DNA of 63,822 nucleotides, filler included, from Deltaproteobacteria bacterium (lineage in GTDB: Bacteria; Myxococcota; JACRCW01): the NCBI GenBank assembly GCA_016218805.1. It is 6 parts of 6 records of this genome, joined end to end, with 100 filler letters (N's around TTAATTAATTAA, not from the genome) between each part and the next. Parts side by side here need not be neighbours in the genome. Positions count along the whole stretch, not along the records: positions 1 to 25,590 come from JACRCW010000020.1; 5 more parts are not named here. One strand, written 5' to 3'. A model generated the notes under the pieces. The model worked only from the letters and a program-made list of their open reading frames with translations, had not been told where the DNA came from and searched no databases. The position numbers were made by a program, and so were the translations under genes. Below are positions 1 through 10,521 of the stretch, one piece after another. Numbering within the stretch: position 1 is the first letter of the stretch; the number at the start of each line of letters is the position of its first letter.

Positions 1-3000
1 ACGCCGCCGGCTCGGCATCCCGTGCCAACAGGAGTGGACCCCCCAACCACGGGCCCGCTCCCAGCCTCCATTGGACACATCGCCGCGCCGCATTTCGATC
101 CAGGCAAGCCCGGAGCCGACGGGGCCGCTAATCAAGTACCTGCCGCCGATGTCAGCGCAATTCTCTGAGCGGTTTACCACGAACAACTTCGCGTGGCCGG
201 TAATCTCCTCTATTCGCGCGTGCCATCCGATACCAGGGATTCCGAATTCCAGACTTGCCGGCGCTGCCAGGTCCACGCTGCTCTCCACCCGCACCACGGG
301 TGCGGGGGGCTCACACAGGTGTGTCCCGCCCGGCGTGAAAGGCTCCGTCCCTGGGGCACACGCGGTCAGAAACCTGGTCGCGCGGTCACATGCGTCACCC
401 GCGCCATCTATGAAGCCGGTGGCGCGCTGGTCCGTGTTGGGCACCCTGGGACAGTTGTCAATGCGGTCCGCCACGTCCCGGCGCTCGCGGCGCGAGTCCC
501 CGTCGGGGTCGCGCTCCCGGTCCACAAGGTCGGTCGCGAAGCTGCACGGGAAGGTCTGGCTCGGTCCAGAAAGGCCCGGCTGCAAGATGATGTTGTACGG
601 TCCGCCAACAAGCTGGTCCGGAATGTCCATCTCAGGAATGAGATAGCGGCCGTTAGCCAGCAGTGTGACGCAAAACTCCGCGTCGGTTTGCCGGCGATCA
701 TCGCTTCCATAGGTCTTCGGGAGAACCTCAGGATCGCAGGCTCCAATGTTCGTCATCCGCGCGCGCGCTTGGAGTATCGGGATGCGGGAGGCACCTTCGA
801 ATGTCACCTGGATCTCACCGCGTGCCGGTGCGGCGCCGTTCCACGAGAACTCCAGCGGCGGCAGCGCCCGGTTGGTCTTTGCGCACTGCGTGTGAACCGC
901 CGTGGGTGTGTACACGGGATCCGGCACAATCGTCGTCCCCGGCTCCTTCACATCAATCCACTCCGTGCGGCACAGCTTCCCGTGCGGTCCGGGACCGGGG
1001 TTTGTCCCCGGCAACGGCGCGCCCGGCACAGGCGGCGTGCAGTCAATGGGACCCTCACCTTTCCCGGGTTTCGGCAAACCGAACTCGCCAGTCTTTCCTC
1101 TCGGTCCGTTGGGCGTGGTGACAATGCGCGCTTTGCTGATCTTCAGGTTCATTCCGTACGCCCCCGGAGCGGCCAGCGTTCCGGAGCTGGTCTTCATGTC
1201 CCAGGCCGCGGACAGCGTCATGGTCTGCGTGTTCCCCGCAGTGTTGCTGGCCACGGGCTGATAGTCGGCGAACTTGGCGACGGCCTGGTTGGTCGCGGTG
1301 CTGAAGACGGTTGCCTCCAGGCCCATCACGGCGACCTGATTGGCGCTGTTCCCGTTGGCACCTCCCCGCTCGTGCACAACCAGCGTGGCATTCACCACCA
1401 CCGGCGGGGTCTGCCCGTACGTGGCCACGCGCGGGGCGACCGACAAGGCGGTGATGGAGAACCCGTTGCGCGGCGCCACCACGGGTGCGCTGACGCTGAT
1501 GGGTGCCATGGTGAAGGCGCGTGATGTCTCCGCGCTGGTGTTCCCGGCGGCGTCCCGGGCGCGCGCGTAGACCACGTGGCTGCCGGCCGATAGACCATCA
1601 AAGACCGCATTAAACGTCCCCAGCGCGCTGGCGAGTGCGCTGACGGATGCCCCGCCGTCCACGCGCAGCAGGACCGTGACGCCCGCTTGCGCGGTTCCGC
1701 TGGCAACAACGGATGTTGCCCGCAGCGTCTCACCCGCGGCAGGCGCAGTGAACCGCGGCGTCAGCGGTGCAACGTCGCTCACCGCGAACGGGATGGCCGC
1801 CGACAACGACTCCGTTCCATCCGCACGGCGGAAGATGACATCCAGCAGGTGTGTTCCCGTCCCGAGGCGGGGAAAGAGCGGCACAGAGAACGCGCCTGCA
1901 CTGACCGCCGCGGTGGCCACCACCTCGCCGTTGTCGCGCACGTCCACCGTGCCAGGTTCGGTGACGGTCCCAGTGACATGGGAGACCGCGGACGCGTACA
2001 CGGTGTCCGCCACCGGGTACGTGACGACGGGTGGGTCCGGTGGTCCAAGTGTGCAGCGGTTGGGCACGTATCCCAGGGTCCAGCCGTTGTCCGCGCAGTA
2101 CGGGAACCTGTCCACGACGCTGGGATCATTGGAATCACCCGGATACCCCGCCACAAACAGAGGTGGCGCAGTCCTGCCCCAGGAGTTGCCTTCACCGGCG
2201 AACGAGACTTCCAGGGGGACCGGGACCTGCCCCGTTCCGTCCCAACCCTGCGAAAGCACCGTCGGATACCCACCACGGAAGTTGTTGTGGCGAATCCGTG
2301 GCGCGTCACCGGGGCCGTCACTGAGATCCGGCGTCACCACCCCCAGGGCGTATCCCTGAGCACGGACAGTGTTGCTCTGCACGGAGGCCGCGGGCAATCC
2401 GGGCATTCGGTAGATGGTAATTCCACCTGAAACCAGGGTCTCGTCCGGATTGATGCGGTTGCCAGAGACCACCAGTGCAGGCCCCGACACCTGAGCGGAT
2501 GACTCGGTTGTCGCCCAGATCCCAAGCCGCCACGCGTGGATGGTGTTGTCACTGAGTGCGCCACCCCATGACTCCTCCTGGTACACGCCGACACCCACGC
2601 TGCTGTTCCGGCCAATGACGTTGGACCGGATCACCGGAGCAGTGGCTCCGATCACCATGATGCCGTGGTAGCTGCCGGACCGTGCGTTGATTTCATTGCC
2701 GGTGATTTCCAGGTCGCCAGCGACCGCGTAGATCCCCGTATCTGCGTTCTCCACCACGCAGTTGCGAACGCCCAGGCGTGGCCCGGGAAGGTCCGCGCGG
2801 ATCAGGGCAACGCCAAAGACGCCGCCGGCGTCCGGCACACGAATCCGGTGGCCGCCGCAGTCCACACCGAAATCCTGCGACACGTACACCTCCACGGATT
2901 GCTCAAGATCCACCGGCAATGTGCAGTAGCCATCCGCGCCGAGCGTGCCTCCCAGCACGCCTCCGCAGTCTGCTGGGCTTCGGATAACCAGGGTCCCCGG

Positions 3001-3713
3001 TGTGTCTTCCACAAACAGCGTGACCACTCCGCCCACCGGCGCCACCAGGTCCAGCGCCGTGCCGTCCGCGACAACGTCTCCCTGCGCCAGCTTCCCCCCG
3101 AAATGCCACCACCAGCGCTTGCCCGCGGCGAGTCCCTCCAGCCGCACCTGCGGCGGCGTGGAATCCGGGAACACGCCGACCCATTGCACTCCGTGCTCCA
3201 TGGCCAACAGCGTCATGCGCGCGGACGCCTGGGTGCTCACGGTGATGCCGTTGGAACTGATGGACGTACCCGTGGCCTGGACGGCAGTGAACTGCTGGTA
3301 GACCACGCCGTACGCCGTACGCGGTGGCCTGCGTCACCGCAGCGGACAGGTGGCGGCCGTCCTGCGTGGTTGGCAGCGGGGCCCATCCACCCGCCGTCTT
3401 TTGCGCCAGCCGCGGAACCCGGTTGGGCGCGTAGCAGTCGCTTGGGATCTTCGCGGTCAGCGCAACCGGGCGCCCGCCGGCGGGAGCACACGCCACGGTG
3501 GGCATGCACCGGGTGCCGCGGCTTTCTGCGCACGCTCCCGGCGACGGTGACCCCAGAGCCACCGCTGGTCCGGCCACTTCCTCGTCGTGGTGATCCACAT
3601 CACGCTTGGGGGGGGGCACTGCTCTCTCCGACGCCACCGGAATCCGCCAGCCCGCAACCCGTCAACGCCAACGCCGCCACTGCAAACCAGCCCAACCCGG
3701 TGCAACCACGCAT
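1..3713 (-). pseudogene. Large surface lipoprotein/adhesin-like gene (parallel beta-helix + bacterial Ig-like + thrombospondin type-3 repeat), split by two frameshifts; 3' end lies beyond the window start
   Basis: Manual translation: ATG at 3713 behind AAGGGGG gives a lipoprotein signal MRGCTGLGWFAVAALALTGC but stops at 3602-3600 after a G9 tract (3608-3616); a second frame continues to ...AVTQATAYGV; a third frame is open from 3333 to base 1 with no stop (hence absent from the ORF track). It has beta-helix turns (ITGNEI, IRSNVI, LSDNTI, VSGNRI, IRHNNF), an Ig motif HVVYARARDAAGNTS and a TSP3-like DNCPRVPNTDQ...GDACD. Confidence 0.75.
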
Positions 3714-3790
3714 TGCGCACCCCCTTGCAGGTCTGGAGCGCAGCCTGAAACAGGAGAAGTTGTATCTGCAAGGCCTACATGGGCCCCGGA

Positions 3791-3984
3791 AACGCGGGTG
3801 TCCGGGTCCAGAACGCGGGTGTCCGGCTCCGGAATGCCCCCTGGGTAAGGCTTACCCACCCCCCATTCCGGACCAACCCACCCCCCATTCCGGACCAACC
3901 CACCCCCCGTTCTGGAGCCACCCACCCCCCTGTCGGCAACCACCCACCCCCTTCTGGCAGCCACCCACCCGCCGTCCGGTTCTT
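3791..3984. repeat. Intergenic tandem repeat array: 2x 21-bp unit followed by about 6x 22-bp degenerate unit
   Basis: AACGCGGGTGTCCGG at 3791 and 3812; ACCCACCCCCCATTCCGGACCA at 3854 and 3876 (identical), degenerate copies at 3898, 3920, 3942, 3963. Confidence 0.85.
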
Positions 3985-4065
3985 CCCACTGGGCATTTGG
4001 CGACCACCCACTGATGTTTACTGCCGCCCGAGGGCGTTCGAGGCCGTTCTACCTCGCGTCAGCCG

Positions 4066-5235
4066 TCAGCCGCGGCGCCGCACCAACCGCAGCGCCAGCC
4101 CACCAAGCACCGCGCCCGCCCACGGCCACTCACCGGGCGTGGCCAACGCGGAGCCGGGGCGACACCCCGGACGCCGGCCACCGTCCTGCGAGCCACCCGC
4201 GTCCTGCGGTCCACCACCCGCGTCGTTCGCCACGGCGGCATCCCGTGCGCCACCGTCAAGCGCGCCGCCATCCGCGCCGCTGTCCGGCACGGGCCACACG
4301 CTCCCGTCGGGCCACTCGCGCGCCGTGCCGGTGCAACCCCCATCATGCGCGGCGTGACCACCATCCCCCAGCAGGCGCACGTAGCGGGTCACGTACCCGT
4401 CGCTGCGGACGCGCCACGGCGGATTCACGCCGTCGTCCAATTCGGCAATGAGCACCAGGTCCACGCGGTTGGGCGCGCCCCGCAGGGACAGGTCCAGGCC
4501 GTCCTCCAGGTCGTCTTCGGTCAGGCCGTCCGCCACCAGCACCGGCGGCGTCCCCTCCCCAAACGCCGGCGCCAGGAACAGGCGGATTCGGGCGTTGTCG
4601 TCGGGATCAGAGTCCTTCCACCGCACGTGGTAACAGGTGTCCGTCAGGTCACCCACGCCGTCCGGTTCCAGGAACAACAGCGCGGGCTGCACGTTGTGCC
4701 CGGGGGGAACCACGCGCACCAGGCCCTTGGAGAGGCGGAAGCTCACTGCGCCGCCGCCGCCGTCCGCCCAGTGGTCATCCAGCACGCCCAGGACCCAGTA
4801 GTTCCCCTGCGGCAGGGACGAGGTGTCCCAGCGGTAGCAGTCGTGTTCGTACGTGCACGCGCCGGTGGTGTTGCGGCAGTACAGCTGGTCCAGCTCCTCC
4901 TGCGGCGGCCGGGAGGCATCCACGCTGGCATCCAGCACGCCGCTGAACACGCTGCCGGCGTCGGACGGGTCGCAGTCCTCCTTGAGCCCCGCCGTGATCG
5001 GCCGCGGCCCGGAGGGGTCCAGCGGGTCGGGCGTGTACATCAGCGCAAGGCTGGCGTTGTCGTCCGGGTCCAGGTCCGTCCAGTGGATATCCACGTGACC
5101 GTCCGGAGCGTCCTGGATGACCCCGGGCCCCGGGCCCACCGGCCCCATCAACGGCGACCCCACGCCTCCATGCGCGTGCGCGGTGCCGGCCCAGACCACC
5201 AGCACGGGAGCAACCAGGATCCCGCGGACACTCAT
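4066..5235 (-). CDS. Secreted protein with two related Ig-like modules and a MYXO-CTERM-like C-terminal anchor
   Basis: Signal peptide (AHA-H); internal repeat WTDLDPDDNASL / WKDSDPDDNARI; DAG-rich linker; GC...hydrophobic...RRRG tail; overlaps upstream stop. Confidence 0.8.
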   Translation of the reverse strand: MSVRGILVAPVLVVWAGTAHAHGGVGSPLMGPVGPGPGVIQDAPDGHVDIHWTDLDPDDNASLALMYTPDPLDPSGPRPITAGLKEDCDPSDAGSVFSGVLDASVDASRPPQEELDQLYCRNTTGACTYEHDCYRWDTSSLPQGNYWVLGVLDDHWADGGGGAVSFRLSKGLVRVVPPGHNVQPALLFLEPDGVGDLTDTCYHVRWKDSDPDDNARIRLFLAPAFGEGTPPVLVADGLTEDDLEDGLDLSLRGAPNRVDLVLIAELDDGVNPPWRVRSDGYVTRYVRLLGDGGHAAHDGGCTGTAREWPDGSVWPVPDSGADGGALDGGARDAAVANDAGGGPQDAGGSQDGGRRPGCRPGSALATPGEWPWAGAVLGGLALRLVRRRG

Positions 5236-6524
5236 GCGCGGCGTCCTATCCCATCCCCGGGCCGGGCGCTTCGCCGGCGCAGGGCGACCAGCAGCGCGGC
5301 CAGCAGCGCCACCCCCGCGTCACCGCTGCTGGAACACCCCGGGCATCCCCGCGCCGGCGGCCCGGCAGTGCCTCCGTCCGACGACACGGCGCCGCCATCC
5401 CCCGGGATCCCGAACAGCTCCACCAGCGCCGGCCAGTATTGCCCGCACGCGGCCACCACGTCGTTGCCCTCGCCGCCGGCGCACCCATCCGCCCCGGGCA
5501 CGCAGCCCGGGCCCGCATCCGCGCACGCCAACACGCCGCGAATGTCCACAAACCGCCCCAACCCGCGCCAGGCCACGCCGTCATCCCATGACACGCCCGC
5601 TGCAAACCCGTCATTCCAGTTGTCCGCCGCGACGTACAGGTGGCGCTGCGGGGAGAACGCCAGCGCGCGGACCTCCCGCAGCCCGGTGCGCGCCTGCCGC
5701 GTCCCGTTCACGTTCACCTCCAGCGGCGCCACCAGCCCGCCGGAGGCCCACCGCGTGCCGTCGGGAGTGGCGGCCAGCACCAGCTCGTCGTCGGCCTCGC
5801 GCGCAAGCGTGATGCCGCCGTCCGCGACAACCAGCTGCAGCAACCGGTCACGCGCGGCACCGTTGTCCCGCACCCACAGGACGCCGGGCTGCGCGGGAGC
5901 TTCCCCGAGCAACTCCCACTGCGGCGCCCCCGCTTCTGTCGGCAGGGCCAGCACCGCGCCGCCGTCGCGCGCCTCGTGCAGTTCCGCGTGGCCGTCGGAC
6001 AGCACCCGCCACAGGATCCACGCGCGCGGGGTGTCACCGCGGCGGTCAAACGCCAGGCCGGCGGGGACCGCGCCCGGCAGCGCGGCAAACAATGCAAACG
6101 TCCGGCCGTCGTCCAGGGACCGCAGCACCGCGCCCGGGCCGGTGGACAGCAGCACCCACGGCCGTGACGGGTGCGTCACCATGGTGCGGACGCGTTCGCG
6201 CGGGACGCCCTGCAACCGGGTGGCCCCGCAGTAGTCCTGCGTGAACCGCAACCCGCCGGACCGGCCGCCGGCCAGCAGCGTTCCCTCCGACGTCATGGCC
6301 CAGACCACCGCGTTGACCACGTCACCGCCGGCCAGCTCTTCACAGATCCAGTGGTAGCCCGGGCCATCCGCCGTGGGGACCAGCGCCCCAAACGTGGCCG
6401 CCACCACCACGTGACCCCCATCCCCGTCCATCAGCACGCCCACCGGCAGCGGGAACTGCCCGTGCGCCAAGACCGCCGGCGAACCCAACGCGGCGCCCAG
6501 CAGTGCCACCCCGCTCCACCTCAC
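5232..6524 (-). CDS. Secreted BNR/Asp-box beta-propeller-like protein with MYXO-CTERM-like tail
   Basis: GTG at 6524 overlaps upstream TGA; signal MRWSGVALLGAALGSPAVLA; Asp-box-like RSLDDGRTF, VSWDDGVAW; tail GCPGCSSSGDAGVALLAALLVALRRR. Confidence 0.78.
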   Translation of the reverse strand: MRWSGVALLGAALGSPAVLAHGQFPLPVGVLMDGDGGHVVVAATFGALVPTADGPGYHWICEELAGGDVVNAVVWAMTSEGTLLAGGRSGGLRFTQDYCGATRLQGVPRERVRTMVTHPSRPWVLLSTGPGAVLRSLDDGRTFALFAALPGAVPAGLAFDRRGDTPRAWILWRVLSDGHAELHEARDGGAVLALPTEAGAPQWELLGEAPAQPGVLWVRDNGAARDRLLQLVVADGGITLAREADDELVLAATPDGTRWASGGLVAPLEVNVNGTRQARTGLREVRALAFSPQRHLYVAADNWNDGFAAGVSWDDGVAWRGLGRFVDIRGVLACADAGPGCVPGADGCAGGEGNDVVAACGQYWPALVELFGIPGDGGAVSSDGGTAGPPARGCPGCSSSGDAGVALLAALLVALRRRSARPGDGIGRRA

Positions 6525-9500
6525 GGCACGGTCCACGCCCCGCCCTGCCCCGCCGTGCCAGGCAGCGTCGCGCCACCCACCGCCACGGACGGGTTGAGTT
6601 CGTTGGGCACCTGCCAGGACTGCCCGCCGCGGTTGACGACGATGATGGCGTAGCGGCCCGGCGCGGCGCGCCCCAGCGTGGCGCCAGCGGTCCCCACGCG
6701 TTCGCCGCGGATGATGACCTCCAACCGCGTGGCCGTGGCCCCCGTGAAGCCGGACGAATCCACCTCGGCGAGCATCATCTCCAGCGGCTCGCGCAGGCGC
6801 AGTCCGCGCGGGTCGGATTCGTCCAGGCGGGCCAGCAACACCAGCGGCCACACCACCGTGCTGCCACCGGCCTGTTCCACGGACGTGGTGAACGCGTTGG
6901 CCGCCCCGTCAATATCCGCCAGCGGCACGTGCACGCCCGCGGGGCCCAGCGTCACCAGCGCGGTGCGCACCGCGGTCCCCGCCGTGCCGGACACCGGCCA
7001 ACCGGATTCCACGCGGAACGCCGGCCGCTCCAGCGGCAGCACGGTGAGCGGTGCCACGTCCACGCCCGCCACCACCTCCCCGCCCACCACCACCACGCGC
7101 GGGTCCGCGCCGTCCAGCGCCACGCCGGCAACGTCACCCGCGGAGGGCCCGCGCCGCGTGACCCAGAACGGCAGGAAATCCCCGTCCACGTCCACCACGG
7201 CGGACACCACGTAGCTGCCCGGCCGCACCCCGCCCATGGCGTACGTGGACGGGGCCTCCACGCACGCGCCGGCCGCGTCGCGCCGTGCGCGCGCGATCAC
7301 CAAGCCATCTGGTGACAACAGCGGTGCATCCAGCCCCGCGTCCGCGCGGCGCGCCGCCACCACCACGTCCGCGCAGACGCCCAGCGGCAGGGCCAGCGCC
7401 CCGGAGATGCCGCCTGCCGGCGCCGCGGACTGCGTCACATACGCGCGGGTTCCCTGTGACGCCACGCCGCCGCCGCCCGCCGCCAGCTCCGGTCCCAGCG
7501 TGTTGGGCACCCGCCACGCCGCCCCTGCTGACGTGACCACCGTGACCGAATGCGCCCCGGCCTCCGGCCGGACCACGCCGCCCGTTGCGTCAACGGCCAC
7601 CGGCAACACCACGGTTGCCAGCGACGTGACGACGACCGCAGGGGTCCCGGTGAGCAGCGCCGGCAGGTAGCGCGCCGGGTCGGGCACAGCGGGAACCGTG
7701 CGGGCCCCGGCCCCCGTGGCGTCGGCCAGGCCGCCGGGGATGGCGGGGTCCACCAGGCGGAGCAGTACGCGCGGATACAGGTCGGGCAGGCCGTCGCGGT
7801 CGGTGTCGTCGGGCTGGCCGTCGGCATCCGCGTCTCGCAGCGTCACGGCAAAGGCCACTTCATCCGCGGCCAGCGGCACCGCACCGCGCGGGTCCAGCGC
7901 CGGAGCCGCATCCCGCAGGCTCTCCAGGACCAGTTGCAGTGGAGCGGCCAGCGGGCGGTCCAGTTCGTCCGCGCCCAACCGGAACGCGGGTGGTCCCAGC
8001 GGCAGCACGCGTGCCAGCAACACGTCCACGTCCGGCACCACCGCGTCCACCACGTCCACCTCCAGCAGCCGCCCCGCCCCGTCCACGTGACCGCCCACCG
8101 CATCCCCCGCCGTGGGAAACGCGCGCAGGCTCCCCAGCAGCGAGAAGTCCACGTCCTGGTCCAGCAGCGCGCTGACCCGGTAGCGCGCCGGTCCCAGGCC
8201 GGAGGCCGCCCAATCCGCCTGCCAGCTCCCCGCCGCCCCGGCAAACGCCGCCGGCGCCACCCGCACCACGGCGCGCGGGAGGCCGGCTCCGTCAGGAGGA
8301 CCCGGATCCGCCACGTCATACACAAACACCCACGCCGGCCCCGGCGCCTCCGTGGTGGTGGCCGTCACCCGCCCGCGCAGGCCGCCCGGCAGCCGCGTCA
8401 CCGCCGGCACCCGCAGGCGCAGCCCCGCCGGCGTGGCCACTTTCAGGGCCAGCGTCCCGTCACCACCCGGCACCGCGTAGGCCAGGGGCGCCAGCTCCGC
8501 GGGCGGGGCGTCACGGCGGCTGAACTGGCCGTGCTCCGTGAGCAGCGTGAGGTCATAGGTACCGGCCGGCGCCGCCGGGAGCGGCGTGGGGTGCGCCGGG
8601 TCGCGCACGTCATAGGCCGCGGCGGCCACCGTCAGCCGCACGGTGCGCACGGACACGGGCGGGGACGGACCGGCCCCCAACGCCATGGCCACGGGAGCTA
8701 CGTCCAGCGCCGCAGCCAGCACCACGTCAGCGGTGGGGTCCCACGATCCGGGGTCGGCCGGGTCATGCTCCACCAGGCGCAGCACGGCGCGCGGCCAGAC
8801 GTCCGGCAGCCCGTCCCCGTCCGCATCCGCCGGCGTCCCCCCGCGCCAGCTCATGACCAGGCGGCCCTCCGCCGCATCCCGGTGCAGCAGCGCGTTGTCC
8901 ACCGCCACGGCGTCCAACAGCAGGGTGGCGGTGGCCGCCGCCAACGTTGCGGTGCTCTCAGCGGAGGAAATCCGCGGCGGGTCCGCGGGCACCACCTGGC
9001 GCAGCACCACGTCATGCGCGGCCTCCCCGCCGGACACCGTCACCCGCTCCGGGGGCGCCACCACGTCACCGCGCGTGGGCTGGGCCAGCGTGTCCACGCG
9101 GAAGTCCAGGTTGCGGTCCTGGTCCAGGACGGCGCCCACCAGGTAGTCCCCGTCGGGGAGACCCGCCACCACGTAGGGTGCGCGGTAGCCGTCAGCGGCC
9201 TGCTGGAACGCTTCCGGCAGCACCCGCCCGCTGGCCACCGGCCGGCCCGCGCCCTGCGGCGGGGGTGGCGCCGCTGCGTGGAACACCAGCACCAGCGCGC
9301 TGCCCGTGGGCGCCAGCTCCGTGCGCAGCGTCCCCGCCACGCTGCCGGCGGGCCGCTGGCCATCAGCAACGGTCAGCGTTGCACCCTGGGTGGGAACCGC
9401 CTCGGCCGCCACGCCCCGGCCCACGGGGTCCGCCTGCGGCCCCAGCTCATTGGGCAGCCGCCACACCTGGCCCCGCGCGCTGATGAGCAGCACCGCGTAG

Positions 9501-10504
9501 CGCCCCGCGGGGATTTCCGGCAGCACGGCCGGCGGCTGCGGCCGCGCGTCCACGGCCAGCGGCAGGCACAGCACATCCAGGGCGGGGACCCACACGCCCT
9601 GGGCGCCGGAGCCCGCGGGGGGCGGCCAGGTGTCCAGCAGCGGCGTGGGGTCCACCACACACGGGATCGTCGTGAGGGACGGGTGATCGGCCAGCAGCGT
9701 GGGGTCGTGCGGGTCAATGAGGCGGAGCAGCACGCGCGGGTAGACGTCGCTGACACCGTCCCCATCCAGGTCATCCGGCTGCCCGTCCAGGTCCACGTCC
9801 CCCAGCTCCATCATCAGGCCCGGTTGCGCCGTGCCGGCCAGGCCCAGGCGCGCGGCCACGTCGGCATCCGGGGAGCGTTGCAGCGCGGTCAGCCGCAACC
9901 GCGTGGGCGCCGTGGCCGTGTGCAGCAGCGTGGCGTTCCCCGTCAGCACCGCGGCGGGCGCGTCTGAGGCCAGCGTGGCGGCGGCGGCGGAGAGCGTCAC
10001 GGTGATGGACGCCGCTTCCGCGCCGCCGCGCACCTCCACCACCTGCAGCGCCGGCCTCCCGTCGCGCTGTTCCACCAGCCCGCCGGCCACATCCCCGCGC
10101 GAGGCGGACGCGCGGGTCAGCGCAAACGGCTCAAAATCCCCGCGGGTGTCCAGCAGCGCGCGCACGGTGTAGCGGCCGGGCGGCACCAGCGGGATGGAGA
10201 ACGGCGCCGAATGCACGCCGTCCCGCGCACCCTCCGGGAACAGCGCCGCGCGCGGCACCACGGCAAACGTCACCGGCCGGCCGCTCCCGCGCGGCGGCGG
10301 CGGATTGTGCTCGGCGTGCAGGAACAGCAGCACATTGCCGGCGGCCGGCGCCGTCGCGGCGGGCACGGGCCCGTCGTAGACCACGCTGCCCCGCACCACG
10401 CCCTGCGGTTCCGTGGTGTCCGTGACCGGCGGGACCAGGCACCCGTCCACCGACGTGACGCAGCCGGCGGACAGGACGGACAGGAGCCCCGCGAACCGCC
10501 GCAC
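6521..10504 (-). CDS. 1327-aa lipoprotein made of four tandem ~320-aa modules, unknown function
   Basis: Lipobox LSAGC; recurring PPPPxGxGRPV, YxVxAxxDxxxxx..GD, DxDGDGxxDxYPRxxLRL and WxxPNxL motifs. Confidence 0.88.
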   Translation of the reverse strand: MRRFAGLLSVLSAGCVTSVDGCLVPPVTDTTEPQGVVRGSVVYDGPVPAATAPAAGNVLLFLHAEHNPPPPRGSGRPVTFAVVPRAALFPEGARDGVHSAPFSIPLVPPGRYTVRALLDTRGDFEPFALTRASASRGDVAGGLVEQRDGRPALQVVEVRGGAEAASITVTLSAAAATLASDAPAAVLTGNATLLHTATAPTRLRLTALQRSPDADVAARLGLAGTAQPGLMMELGDVDLDGQPDDLDGDGVSDVYPRVLLRLIDPHDPTLLADHPSLTTIPCVVDPTPLLDTWPPPAGSGAQGVWVPALDVLCLPLAVDARPQPPAVLPEIPAGRYAVLLISARGQVWRLPNELGPQADPVGRGVAAEAVPTQGATLTVADGQRPAGSVAGTLRTELAPTGSALVLVFHAAAPPPPQGAGRPVASGRVLPEAFQQAADGYRAPYVVAGLPDGDYLVGAVLDQDRNLDFRVDTLAQPTRGDVVAPPERVTVSGGEAAHDVVLRQVVPADPPRISSAESTATLAAATATLLLDAVAVDNALLHRDAAEGRLVMSWRGGTPADADGDGLPDVWPRAVLRLVEHDPADPGSWDPTADVVLAAALDVAPVAMALGAGPSPPVSVRTVRLTVAAAAYDVRDPAHPTPLPAAPAGTYDLTLLTEHGQFSRRDAPPAELAPLAYAVPGGDGTLALKVATPAGLRLRVPAVTRLPGGLRGRVTATTTEAPGPAWVFVYDVADPGPPDGAGLPRAVVRVAPAAFAGAAGSWQADWAASGLGPARYRVSALLDQDVDFSLLGSLRAFPTAGDAVGGHVDGAGRLLEVDVVDAVVPDVDVLLARVLPLGPPAFRLGADELDRPLAAPLQLVLESLRDAAPALDPRGAVPLAADEVAFAVTLRDADADGQPDDTDRDGLPDLYPRVLLRLVDPAIPGGLADATGAGARTVPAVPDPARYLPALLTGTPAVVVTSLATVVLPVAVDATGGVVRPEAGAHSVTVVTSAGAAWRVPNTLGPELAAGGGGVASQGTRAYVTQSAAPAGGISGALALPLGVCADVVVAARRADAGLDAPLLSPDGLVIARARRDAAGACVEAPSTYAMGGVRPGSYVVSAVVDVDGDFLPFWVTRRGPSAGDVAGVALDGADPRVVVVGGEVVAGVDVAPLTVLPLERPAFRVESGWPVSGTAGTAVRTALVTLGPAGVHVPLADIDGAANAFTTSVEQAGGSTVVWPLVLLARLDESDPRGLRLREPLEMMLAEVDSSGFTGATATRLEVIIRGERVGTAGATLGRAAPGRYAIIVVNRGGQSWQVPNELNPSVAVGGATLPGTAGQGGAWTVP

Positions 10505-10521
10505 GTGCCCCTCCGCGCGCG

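Noticed and set aside
3854..3984. Possible CRISPR array
   Set aside because: 22-bp period leaves no spacers of CRISPR length; conserved part is only about 8-11 bp; no cas genes in the window
7550..9967. Long antisense ORFs (also 27761-30595, 30752-32734, 49773-52022 and many others)
   Set aside because: Shadow frames of GC3-rich genes; Arg/His/Gln-rich with no motifs
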